Assembly: GCF_038025025.1 (NCBI RefSeq)
Contig: NW_027117349.1
Span: forward strand, 372,001-436,000
Source of the DNA: Phyllosticta citribraziliensis
Taxonomy: Eukaryota
Reading direction: 5' to 3'
Length of the DNA: 64,000 bases
Shown: piece after piece, positions 24,821-35,661 of the stretch
Numbering within the stretch: position 1 is the first letter of the stretch
How the letters are laid out: each line of letters opens with the position of its first letter
The notes under the pieces: model-generated
Databases searched by the model: none
What the model was told of the DNA's origin: nothing
What the model saw: only the letters and a program-made list of their open reading frames with translations
Position numbers and translations under genes: made by a program

Positions 24821-26249
24821 TCAAGTCCTGTAGTCACCGTTGATGGTGACGTACTCGTGGCTAAAGTCACAAGTCCAGTACACGGCCTCCTCGCCGGGGG
24901 TCTCGCTGAGCCTGACCAGAATTTCCAGGTCCTCAGCCTCCAGAATCTGGGCAGCCCTGGACTCGTCAACCTTCTCGGGCTCGCCCTTGACCAGGAGCTT
25001 GAGTTCTTCCGATCCATCCGTGGGGATGAAGGAGACGGAAGTCTGCTCGGGGACGACGCTGTCGACACCGTCGGCGTAGCCCGTGGCGCACAGGATGCGG
25101 CCCCAGTTGGCGTCCTTGCCGTAGAGAGCCGTCTTGACCAGAGGAGAGCGAGCAATGGTGGAGGCAACCTTCTTGGCGTCTTCGTACGATGCGGCATTCA
25201 CAACGCGGATGGTGACAAATTTGGTCGCGCCCTCGCCGTCGCGAACGACGAGCTGGGCGAGATCGGCAGCGAAGTCGGTGAGCACGGTCTGGAGTTCCGA
25301 GTAGCCAGCGCTGGCCTGGTCCGCAATCTCCGATCCGCCAGCCGCGCCGTTGGCGAGGATGGCAACCGTGTCGTTTGTGCTAGTGTCTCCGTCGACAGAG
25401 ATGGAGTTGAAGCTCTTGGTCACGGCCGCAGTCAGCAGGGGCTGCAGGGCTGCGGGAGCGATGGGGGCATCAGTGCAGATTATTCCGAGAAGAGTGGCCA
25501 TGTTGGGGTGGATCATGCCGGCGCCCTTGGTCATGCCGACAACTGAGTAGGTGGTGTTGGGCGAGCTGGGGAGAGAGAATTGCCGGGAGAGGAGCTTGGG
25601 AAAGGTGTCGGTGGTGCAAATTGCGCGGGCAGCCTTCAGCCAGTGGCTGTGTTCATTGCCCAGGGTCTCATGCGCCGCAGGAATCTTGTCGAGAATCTTT
25701 TGAATGGGTAGCCTGTTGTTTCTGTAAGCGTACTGCTCATATCCTGGGAGTTGTTGCAAACCTCTGGCCAATTACACCGGTGCTCATGACAATGCTCCGA
25801 CTGCCCTTTCCATCATCATTGTTCTCGAAGCAGTTGTCCGCCTTTTGTCCCATGGCAATGGCATCCTCAATGCCACCACGGCCAGTAACAGCGTTGGCGC
25901 AACCCGAGTTGACAACGACCGAACGAATGCCCGCGCCAGACCTCCGGTTCAGAGTGTCTCTGCTGACCGTCACCGGCGCAGCCTGAAATTTGTTCTTGGT
26001 AAAAACGGCGGCTCCGGAGCAGGGAGTCTCGGAAGCGATCAGGGTAAGATCATCGAAGCGAGTGTTCGAGGCCTTGACTCCGACGTGTGCGCTCGACGCG
26101 AGGAAGCCCTTTGGGTAGGTGCCTGACGAGGGGACATATTTTGCTTTCGAAGGTGGTACAGTGCCTTCTCCAGGGGCAGAGTAGTTGCGCACGAATTGCT
26201 TCATGGTAGGGATGAGCTTTTGGAAGCTGGACGGCCTGGCGGAAGCCAT
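24821..26249 (-). CDS. ARG7: ArgJ bifunctional ornithine acetyltransferase, mitochondrial; 1 intron
   Basis: [51 protein letters not shown] (autoproteolysis site), [19 protein letters not shown] and [17 protein letters not shown]. Confidence 0.97.
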
Positions 26250-26623
26250 TTTGACGGCCCTGTGGCGTGCGATGTGAATGATGTGGTCACAGGTATGCAA
26301 TTGGGATGAGGACGGATTATACCTTCTCTTGTCGCCGGAGCAGTGACTCCGACAGTGATGTGACTGGGCTGAAGGGAGAGAGCTGTAGGAGAGCTAGTGA
26401 CTCTCCAACTCTCTCTCCAAAATTTCGGGCCGGTGACGGAAGGCGCTTATCGGCTTATCGGACCACATGGTATCGATGTCGGAGCCACGGACAAGCTCCT
26501 CCGAGCTCGACGCGTCTGCCCTGCCGCGTCGCGCTGATGGCTTGGGTCAACGCTTCTCCGGAATTCATCTCGACGGCCACCGACTCCAACCGACCAATTG
26601 AGGACTCACCGACATCACTGAAT

Positions 26624-28438
26624 ATGCCCAGCGCAAAGAGAAAAAGGGGTGCAACAGGAGATGCCAATTCGACACCGCGAAGACAACGCGCCGCAGACCA
26701 CGAAGACCACGAAAACGACGAGCTCGACCCCACTCCATCTCAGCAAGAGACTCCCACAAAGAGACAGAACGTTTCTCGAAACCTGGCCAATGATCTCCGT
26801 CGAGCTCAGGCAAAGGATACGGCCAATGGTGGTGCCAAGGAACAGGAGACGCCGAGATCACAGCGTCGGGTTGCTTTCGACACGCCCACAAAACCACACG
26901 AGGACGAAGAGGCTCCAAATGCGACTCCAACTATTCTGAAGAGTGCAGATAGATCTGCGCGGCGAAAGAGTGCTCGAAGACTTCTCTCACGTCAACTGAA
27001 TGACGACCAAAGCGATGAGGACTCGGACGAGGAGGATGAGCTCGCTCGTGAGATATACGATGAGGAAGAAGGGGAGGACGAGGGTGAAGAGGAGGAAGAC
27101 CAAGTGAAAATTCCCGAGCCATCCGCTGTGCCAGATACTCCTTCGAAAAGAGGTCGCGGACGACCAAAGGGCAGCAAGAACAAGACAAGAAAAAACAGTC
27201 CTCCCCCGGAAGGCGTTCCGCCGCACGAGTTGTATTTTTACCAGAATCGACCTGGGGGTGGCAAGACGTCAAACAACACCTTGGCTTCGCACCAGGTTCT
27301 CAACCATGACGAGTACTTTGCGCAAATGTCAAAATACGAGGACCCGCACCAAGACGACATTGAATTCTTGCACGAGCTGCACGGAAGGTCCTTTGACCAG
27401 TGGGTTTACGAACTCGAGAACGACTTCAACATTTGTCTCTATGGCTATGGCTCCAAGCGGCGCCTAGCCATGGATTTTGCGACACATCTGTACCACTACC
27501 GCATGGCAACAGCTGCCAGCTCCAAAAACAGCCCAAAGATTATCATCATCAACGGCTACAACCCAACCCTGACCCCGAAAGACATTCTTCTCACTATCCT
27601 GAGCTCGTTACTTCCGTCGTCCGTCAAACTGCCCTCAACTCCTCCACTCCTGCATTCTCTCCTCGAAACAACGCTGGCCACCAACCCGCCCAGCAAGCCC
27701 CTCACCCTAATCGTCAACTCCATCGACTCACCCTCCCTCCGCCGTCCCGCATCCCAAACACTCCTGACGACGCTCGCCGCCAACAAGCACTTCCACATGC
27801 TTGCAACAGCCGATACGCCGACGTTCCCCTTGTTGTGGGACCTGTCGGCGCGCTCGCAGCTGCGCTTCCTCTTCCACGACTCCACGACATTTGCCAGCTT
27901 CGCGGGCGTCGAGCTAGACGCGGTCGACACCTTCGCTGACGTCCTGGGCCGCTCGTCCCGCCGCCTCGCCGGCCGCGACGGCGTCGGCTACGTCCTGCGC
28001 TCGCTGCCCGAAAACGCCCGCGGCCTGTTTCGCATTCTCGTCGCCGAGCAGATTGCTGCTGCTGTCGAGGTCGAGGATGACGACGTCGGCCTTGGCTCAG
28101 GGGGTGCATTCGGTGCGCTCGATGATGACGACGACCCCTTTAACGACGCAGCTCTTGCCCCCGACACGCCGTCCAAGCGGGGAAGAGGCAGGAAGGGCGC
28201 CGAGAAGAACGCGATGGACGCGGTGGTGCCGGCGGTGGGAGTCGAGTACCGAGTCTTGTACCACAAGGCAGTGGAGGAGTTTGTGTGCAGCAACGAGATG
28301 GGCTTCCGGACGCTGCTCAAGGAGTTTCACGACCACCAAATGATAGAGAGTAGGAAGGACGCTGGCGGCACGGAGAGACTGTGGGTGCCGTTTAGAAGAG
28401 AGGACTTGGAGGCGTTGTTAGAGGAGTTGGTTGATTAA
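26624..28438 (+). CDS. ORC2: Origin recognition complex subunit 2, apparently intronless
   Basis: FDQWVYELENDFNICLYGYGSKR, IINGY, LIVNSIDSPSLR, LLWD...FLFHDSTTF, VLRSLPENARGLF and FRTLLKEFHDHQM. Start assumed at MPSAKRKR; upstream in-frame ATGs exist. Confidence 0.93.
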   Translation: MPSAKRKRGATGDANSTPRRQRAADHEDHENDELDPTPSQQETPTKRQNVSRNLANDLRRAQAKDTANGGAKEQETPRSQRRVAFDTPTKPHEDEEAPNATPTILKSADRSARRKSARRLLSRQLNDDQSDEDSDEEDELAREIYDEEEGEDEGEEEEDQVKIPEPSAVPDTPSKRGRGRPKGSKNKTRKNSPPPEGVPPHELYFYQNRPGGGKTSNNTLASHQVLNHDEYFAQMSKYEDPHQDDIEFLHELHGRSFDQWVYELENDFNICLYGYGSKRRLAMDFATHLYHYRMATAASSKNSPKIIIINGYNPTLTPKDILLTILSSLLPSSVKLPSTPPLLHSLLETTLATNPPSKPLTLIVNSIDSPSLRRPASQTLLTTLAANKHFHMLATADTPTFPLLWDLSARSQLRFLFHDSTTFASFAGVELDAVDTFADVLGRSSRRLAGRDGVGYVLRSLPENARGLFRILVAEQIAAAVEVEDDDVGLGSGGAFGALDDDDDPFNDAALAPDTPSKRGRGRKGAEKNAMDAVVPAVGVEYRVLYHKAVEEFVCSNEMGFRTLLKEFHDHQMIESRKDAGGTERLWVPFRREDLEALLEELVD

Positions 28439-28666
28439 AGGATGAACACTGTCCGGATGGGATGCTTGAAAGAGAGTTGTGAGCGGAGATGACTTTTTGG
28501 TTTAATCGAATACCCTGGCTAGATTTACATATGGAAAAGGAACATCTCAGGCGTCAGACATCCTCCCAGTCTGTGGCGCTGAACTCCGTTGCTGGAACTT
28601 GTTGAAAAGTCTAAATGTAATCCAAGCCTACTTTTTTTTTTTTCTCTCTTCTAAGAGCGACTTCCC

Positions 28667-29766
28667 TCACCAGCCCCTCTTGGCCAGCCTCTCGCCCTCG
28701 GGCATCTTCTCCACGTTCAGTCCGACCATGGCCTCGCCCAAGTCCATGCTGACCTCGGCCAGAACCCTGGGATCCTTGTAGTGCGTCACGGCCTGCACAA
28801 TGGCCTTGGCCCTCTTCTTCGCGTCTCCGCTCTTGAAGATTCCACTGCCGACGAAGACGCCGTCGCAGCCCAGCTGCATCATGAGTGCAGCATCGGCAGG
28901 CGTGGCGACACCGCCGGCAGCAAAGTTGACGACGGGCAGACGCTTCAGCCTGGCCGTCTCCTTGAGAAGTTCAAACGAGGCGCCAATCTCCTTTGCGTAG
29001 ACGCGCAGCTCCTCGTCCGACATGGCCGAGGCGCGCGCAATGTCGGCGTTGACGGTGCGCATGTGGCGGACGGCCTCGACGACGTCGCCGGTGCCCGCCT
29101 CGCCCTTGGTGCGGATCATGGCGGCGCCCTCGCTGATGCGGCGCAGGGCCTCGCCCAGGTTGCGGCAGCCGCACACAAACGGCACCTTGTAGCCGTGCTT
29201 CTCGACGTGGTGCGTGTGGTCGGCGGGCGTCAGGACCTCGGACTCGTCAATGTAGTCGACGCCGATGGCCTCGAGAATCTGTTTCGTTGTTTTGCTGTCA
29301 GCATATTCGGCTAAAATTGGCCACCAGTCGGCCTTGGGGAACGGTTGTTTTTCGTGGTGGTTGTTGTGCCAAGAAAGGACGTACCTGGCACTCGACAAAG
29401 TGCCCGATGCGCGCCTTCGCCATGACCGGAATCGTCACGGCGTCCATGATTTCCTTGATCATCTTGGGGTCCGACATGCGGGCGACGCCGCCCTGGGCCC
29501 TGATGTCGGCGGGTACTCGCTCGAGGGCCATGACGGCCGCTGCGCCGGCTTCCTCTGCGATGCGGGCCTATAAAGTAGATGACGTCTTAGATATTATTTT
29601 TTTTGCCATTGATATTGCTGCGAGTGTGGAATGGAGAAGAAAATACCTGCTCGGCGTTGACGACGTCCATGATGACGCCGCCCTTGAGCATGCGGGCCAG
29701 ACCGGCCTTGACCTGAAAGTTGTTGGGCTCGCCATTGCCGTTGGTGGTGGGAAGTTCGGTGGCCAT
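28667..29766 (-). CDS. SNZ1: Pyridoxal 5'-phosphate synthase subunit (PDX1/SNZ/pyroA); 2 introns
   Basis: [57 protein letters not shown] and [31 protein letters not shown]. Confidence 0.98.
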
Positions 29767-30343
29767 GATTCAAAAAAGAGCTAAAAGCGGCGTAACGGGA
29801 GAGCCGATCAGGACTGAGAAGAGAAGAAGGATCGTGATAGACGAAGGGGGGTGAAGAGAAGATGATCAAGTGATGGATGGAAAATATAGTAAGGAATTGG
29901 CGTATCGGACGTCTGAATGGTGAGTCATGGTTGTATAAAAGTCGTCCGGGGTCGCTGAAAGTGGCAGCCCCAGGGCGCGCGTGTTAGAGCGGGCGCGGCG
30001 CCACCAGCGGCGGAGGGGCATGTCCGCGGGGTCGGCGAATCGGACGGGACACTGCCGATTCTAGCCGATGGGCTCACCGCCCGCCCTTTCTGCCAGCTGC
30101 GGTGGAGGCCATCGCCCATGACGTCGCTGGTCGATTCCACGTGGGCCGGGCACCGCAGCTCTCGAACCGACAGCCAGCAATGCAAGCTCCCGCCGTCTCC
30201 TATACCTTGGCTACTATCTCCAATGTAGACACCTCACCACTTTGCATCCGTCCCATCGATTGACCCTCCGGCCCTCTCATCCATCTCCCGCCGTCTCCGC
30301 AACTCCGCTCCGCGCTCCCACCACCAACGACCACAGCGACACC

Positions 30344-31094
30344 ATGGCCTCCCCGCTCCGCCTCCTCCGGCCCTTTGCCCTCAGCGCCTGCTTCGTCTCC
30401 GCGCCCATACTCCTGCTGCGTCCCTGGCAGCACCAGCAGTCCCTCTTGCGGCCCCTGCGCTGCGACTCGCCGCCGTCCATCCCCGTCTTCAACGAGAACA
30501 CGCGCGAGGCGCGGAACCCCGTGTGGAAGGACGGCCGCGTCAATCCGGCCGTGTGGAAGCAGATTAGCTCGGGTAGCATATTGGGTACGTCCAGCACGCA
30601 TGGCTGTGGAGAAGGCCCTGCAAGAGAGCAACGGTCGTGGTGGTGGTAGTACTTCACGGGTGGGCAATGGGACTTGTGGCGCAGCAGTACAGGAGATGGA
30701 TTTGAGAGAACAATTGGCTACCATTCAGGAACAACGTCGCGTAAAACACCCAGCTAACCAATCTCTCTCTTCTCAGGTCTCCTCGGCGGCGTCGCCGTCG
30801 GCATCTTCTCGAAACCCCTCGCCCTCCTCATCGGCCTCCTAGTCTTTGGTGTCCAGGTACACACACCCCCCTTTCCAGGATACAACCCACCCCATCCCCC
30901 CTCAGCCCCTCGTCCACCGACTAACGCCGCCGCATCGCCAGTTCATCGAGTCCCGCGGCATCCACATAGTGCCCTACGAGCGCGTGCAGCGGTACGCCAA
31001 GAACGTCGACGTGCGCTCGGCCCTGCGCGACAACGTGGCGTTCAAGCTGAGCTTCGGCGCGGCGTTTGCGCTGGCAGGCTTCGCCGAGTTTTAA
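30344..31094 (+). CDS. FUN14: FUN14-family mitochondrial membrane protein; 2 introns
   Basis: WKQISSGSILG|LLGGVAVGIFSKPLALLIGLLVFGVQ|FIESRGIHIVPY...NVAFKLSFGAAFALAGF. N-terminus looks like a mitochondrial presequence. Confidence 0.8.
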
Positions 31095-32366
31095 GAGTCG
31101 TCAATCTGAGAACCGAACGGTTGTATTCAGGGGTTGATGTTGTCCGTCCGTCCGTCCGTTCTGCGTGTGAATGAGGTGCTTGGAGTAGACGGCGCTCGTA
31201 AGATGCTTAAAAGGTGAGATTTTTGGAAAGGCGAGTGCCTGGTGCATCATGAGCCGTGTGCCGCCAAACGATCGAATTGTTTCGTTGATAGAGCCATTTT
31301 TTGCGTATTCCAACAGCGCAAATATTCGGGTTGCGGCCGTCTGTTTTTTTGAAGATACACAGAAGACGATGTACCGTTTGCTAGCGGAAAGCAGTCCGCC
31401 AAAGTCACGGCGATCTGTATATCCTGCAGGTAAAGAGACAAAATCAGATTGGTGATACTTCTCATTCCGTCTCATGCCGTTGTGGTGTCTACTCTAGGCA
31501 GTCTATTCTCAAAAACAAGCATGAAAGGGGTTGTGCGTCTGCTGCCATTGTCTTGTCTAGTCTAGACAGTCTATCCCGAGCATCAAGCAAGCAAGCAAGC
31601 AAGCGAAAGAAAGGCAAAGAAGTACAGACACGCGAAAAAAGAGAGAACGAACAAGTCGAGTTTACGAATCCATTCATTAATCGACTGATTGGGTCGATCG
31701 GTTGATGATATGACAAGACGCCGTTCCATGCATGCGTGCATACATAAAAGGGGAGGCTAGCTAACTAGGTAACTGCCTCACCGGGACACCCCCCAGCCAA
31801 CTCAAACTCTTTCCAGAGCGGTCGACTTTCTTCTCCGTCTTCTGTCTCGTTCTATCATGGGTATCCAAATTCGTTTCAGTTCAAAAAAGTAGAAAGAAAG
31901 AAACAAAAAAAAGACCGGCTTCCCATAACAGATCTCTCAGTTCATCCCAGAGACCTCGGGCCGTGCCGGGCAAAATTAGACGGGGAGGGGAGTTTATGAG
32001 TGGGGGTATATTGGATCCACCATGAAGTTCCTTTTTTTTTTTTTTTTTTTTGTTGAGTTTTTCTTTTGTGGTCATCGAAGCGGAAGGGTCCATGCCCCGG
32101 CCAGCTAGCCAGCGGTCAGATCTGTGCTGCCGGTGTAGCACCAATTGGTATAAAGATGGAAGACAAGGGAACAAGACATTAAAGCAAGAAAACGCCGTGG
32201 CGATGCGACTAGACTTCTTCTTACCCGCGGCGGGATGGAAGAGGGCTGGGACCAGTGGGTTGATTTGTCCTCTGGTGCTCGCGCTCAAGGCGGTCAACCA
32301 CGATGGTTGGTAAAGTTCATGAAGGGACTTGGCGTGCCAAAGCGCCCGGTGGGTGAGCAACTCCCC

Positions 32367-34167
32367 TTACACGACGTGGCTGCTGTCAGGGTGCATGTTG
32401 CCCAGCTCGCCCTCCTTCTCGTTGGAGACATCGCGGCGCTCAACATCGTCCTCGTCGCTGACGAAGCCATACTCCTTGGCCTTGGCGTCAATCTCCTCCT
32501 GGGTAAGGAAGGGCAGCTGCTTGGCGGCGTTGATGTAGCTCATGTTCTCGACGAAGCCCTTGGCGAAGATAATGTCAATCTCCTCGAGAGTGCGGCCGCG
32601 AGTCTCCGGGTAGAAGAAGTAGATGACCGGGAAGAAGCAGGCGTTGACAATGGCGAAGAAGAGGTAAGTGCCCCACTTGATGTTGTCAAGCATGACGGGA
32701 GTGACCATGACGATGAGGAAGTTGAAGGTCCAGTTGGTGATGGTGGAGACAGCGTTGGCCTTGGCGCGAGTCTTGAGAGGGTTGATTTCGGCAGGGTACA
32801 GCCAAGGCAGAGGCAGCCAGGTAGCACCAAAGAAGGCAATGTAGGTGAACAGACCGACGGCGGAACCCTTGGCGTTCTCGGGGCCTCCGGGGATCAAACA
32901 GGCGAAGACGAGAACCATGGACAGGCACTGTCCGACGGTACCAATGAGGAAGAGCTTGCGGCGACCAGCACGCTCGATGAGGAACCAGGACGAAGTGGCG
33001 AAGATGGAGTAGACAATCATGTTGACACCACCAAGGAGCAGGGACATGTTCTTGGTCTCGTCGATGGAGTCTTCGAACAGGATGGGGAAGTAGTAGATGA
33101 CGGCGTTGCAGCCACCAATCTGTTGGAAGAGCTGTGCAGAGGAACCGATCATCATGCGGCGGAAGTGCTGGGTCTTGCCACCGGTCAAGAGGTCAGCGTA
33201 AGTGGTGTTGCCGCCGGCGTGGCCAGAAGCGCGAATGCTCTCCATGATGACGGAAGCCTGCAGCTTGGTCTCGTCGTCGTCGACCGAGGTGCCGTTGAGA
33301 GCAGCGAGGACCCTCATGGCATCCTCGTGCCGGTCCTTGGTCAAGAGGAAGCGAGGCGACTCGGGGAGGCCGACCATGAAGATGGCAACAATCAGACCGA
33401 AGAAGACCTGGAAGGCGATGGGGAAGCGCCAGGACAGGTCCTGGGAGCCATAGGAGCAGCCGTAGTCGATCCAGTAGGCAATCATTGTTCCAAAGGCAAT
33501 GACACCGCCCTCGATGCAGATGAGCAGACCGCGGTTGGTGCCCTTGGAGCACTCTGCCTGGTAGGTCGGGATGGTCGAGGTGTTCATGCCGTTTCCGAAG
33601 CCGGTGATGGTGCGCCCGATGATGAGCTGGGCCGTGGCCTTGTGGCCCTTGACGGCGGAGATTTGGATAATGACACCGAGAATCATGATGATGGCACCGG
33701 CGATGATGCCCCTCTTGCGGCCCAATTTGTCACCAATCATCAACATGAGAACGGCGCCGAACAGACAGCCTGGAAAGGATTAGCTCGGATGACACGAGAG
33801 TGTTTGGCACGATTACATACCAACTTCGTAAATGGCGGTAACGAAACCTTGGTAGGTCTTGTTGTTCTTGGTCTCGGGAAAGTAGTCGTTGAAAGGATCA
33901 GCGGCGATGATTCCCGACATGACACCCTGGTCGTAGCCAAAGACTGTGGAGGAGCGTCAGCAAGGGGGATGAGGAGCGGTTGGAGCTGGAGCGGGACGAC
34001 TTACGCAAGAAGCCGGTGGTAGCGACGGTGGAGACGACCAGGCTGAGAGGACGGCCGCTCAAGCCAAAGAACTTGGGGGCCTTGACGTTGATGGCATTGT
34101 CGCTGGGACGGGGGGAGGAGGTGGCCGCATGGGCGTTGTGCTCGAGTTCGTTCTTGTTGTCGGCCAT
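32367..34167 (-). CDS. STL1: MFS sugar-porter family, Stl1-like glycerol/H+ symporter; 2 introns
   Basis: FGYDQGVMSG, GDKLGRK, GFGNGMNTSTIPTYQAECS, WRFPIAFQ, LPESPR, FQQIGGCNAVIYY, PWLYPAEINPL and YPETRGRTLEEIDIIFAKG. The substrate is inferred from clade resemblance. Confidence 0.9.
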
Positions 34168-34220
34168 TTTGGGGCAGGGAATGGAACGATTGGCAGTGAC
34201 GGCGGGCGAGGGGCAGGGTG

Positions 34221-34227
34221 TTATATA
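34221..34227 (-). promoter_or_regulatory. TATA box of STL1
   Basis: TATATAA on the minus strand, about 54 bp upstream of the ATG at 34167. Confidence 0.6.
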
Positions 34228-35615
34228 GCCACTGGGCGATGGCTAACGTCGGTTGTTGAGCGGGACAGGCAGAGGGAGTGATGGGACCCCGGGTCAGAGT
34301 ACCAAGGAAACGAAGCCGCTCGCGTTCCGGTCAAGGTCGCGTGTGGGACTATTTCGCTGGGGGGACGAGGACCAAAGAAGGGTTGAAGGAGAAGGTCCTG
34401 GTTGATCCGGGGAGAACAGAGGTCTTTATGGATTGTGGTCGAGGACGGAGAGGTGACCGGGGGTGGCTAGATCCCTGCTAGCTAAGGCGCTGGCCCAGTT
34501 CATGTTTCTGGCAACGATTGCGGGTTGGATGCAACATGGTGGTGGAGGAGAAGTAGGGCGGACGTCATTGGCCGGGGCAGAGTGCCAGGACGAGGTTAGG
34601 TGGGCGTGGGGCCCCCACACAGACGGCCAAATGCATCTGCAGGACCCTCGAAGGTCGGCGCTGCGATCTGCGCCGTCGCCGTCGAGGGCCCGAGGGGAAC
34701 GGAAGCTGGAGAGAGCTGGCACGGTGGTGGTGGCTTTTGGTTTGGCTTGGCCCCAAGTCCGCCGTCCGTCCTTGGCCTCGGCTAACCTGTCGATTTCCAG
34801 TTCCTTGCCCTCCAGCCGTTGAGACGTCCATGTCGCGAGAGAGAGTTTGTTTCGCGCTGACATCACCCCCGCCGTCCTGCTACTGTACATACGTCTCTCA
34901 GTCTCAGCACTTCTCCCCGCCGCGGCACAGCGCAGCGCAGGGCCTCTCAGCATCGGTGGGGACCAGCTCCACCGTGTCTCCAGTCTTTTCAAGCCCATTG
35001 TCGACTCCCCCCGCGTGCCCACTGCATGCCTTCGTCTGCCCTTTCGGTCTTACGTCGCCTTTTCCCCGGCCGGTCCTGTCCCAACACGACGCCCACATTG
35101 GCTGCCGCTTTCATGTGCTGTGCTCCACGCCAGCCCCTTCACCGATACATGCACATTACTTACAGCCAGTCCATGTATCCATCCACCCTGCTACGCCGCT
35201 CCGCTCCTGCATCCGCGCGCTAGGGGGGCTCTCTCTCACTCAATCACTTATCATGGCTGACTTGACTTGCCTACCTGGGCATCCCTTCCGCCTGCCGTCC
35301 GCCTCGGCACTGCATGTCGTTGGCCTCTCACCATCTTTCAATCGCTCTCTAGACGCGCACTCGAGCATCCACCCAATTTTCCTTTTTCCTTTTTCCTCCT
35401 TGTGCCACAACCCTGCCTTGACCCTGGATGCATGTGAAATGCCTTGTCCACATCTCATCTCGCAATTGGCCGCACGTGAAGTCTGTCGCATCTTGTGCAT
35501 GCTCATCCAAGGCCTCAGTCGGTCCGATGCCCGCATACTCCATCCACTGCTTGTTGTCCCCGTCGTCTGTCTGTCGCTGTGAATGGTTACCGCCCGTGGG
35601 GTGCGTGTCAGCAAT

Positions 35616-35661
35616 TGGGCTGCACAGAGGCTGCACAGACGTGGAGCCTCTGTGCAGCCCA
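35616..35661. repeat. Perfect 17-bp inverted repeat with 12-nt spacer
   Basis: TGGGCTGCACAGAGGCT-gcacagacgtgg-AGCCTCTGTGCAGCCCA. Confidence 0.95.

Noticed and set aside
24797..25546. 249-aa plus-strand ORF, and similar antisense ORFs over the aminopeptidase, SNZ1, RAD16 and ATG101 genes
   Set aside because: Shadow frames of GC3-rich real genes on the opposite strand.
26306..26623. 106-codon upstream extension of ORC2
   Set aside because: Covers the shared ARG7/ORC2 promoter and looks non-coding. MPSAKRKR is preferred, though the ATG at 26537 cannot be excluded.
23908..29766. ADI1-ARG7-SNZ1 as a metabolic gene cluster
   Set aside because: Unrelated primary pathways interrupted by ORC2, with no backbone enzyme, cluster regulator or SNO1 partner visible.
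32032..32051. Poly-T run, plus poly-A at about 63688-63703 and (CAA)n at about 63312-63330
   Set aside because: Ordinary 3'-UTR or intergenic simple sequence, with no retroelement body or target-site duplication seen.
32235..34022. 595-aa plus-strand ORF
   Set aside because: Antisense shadow of the strongly codon-biased STL1 CDS, with no recognisable protein motifs.
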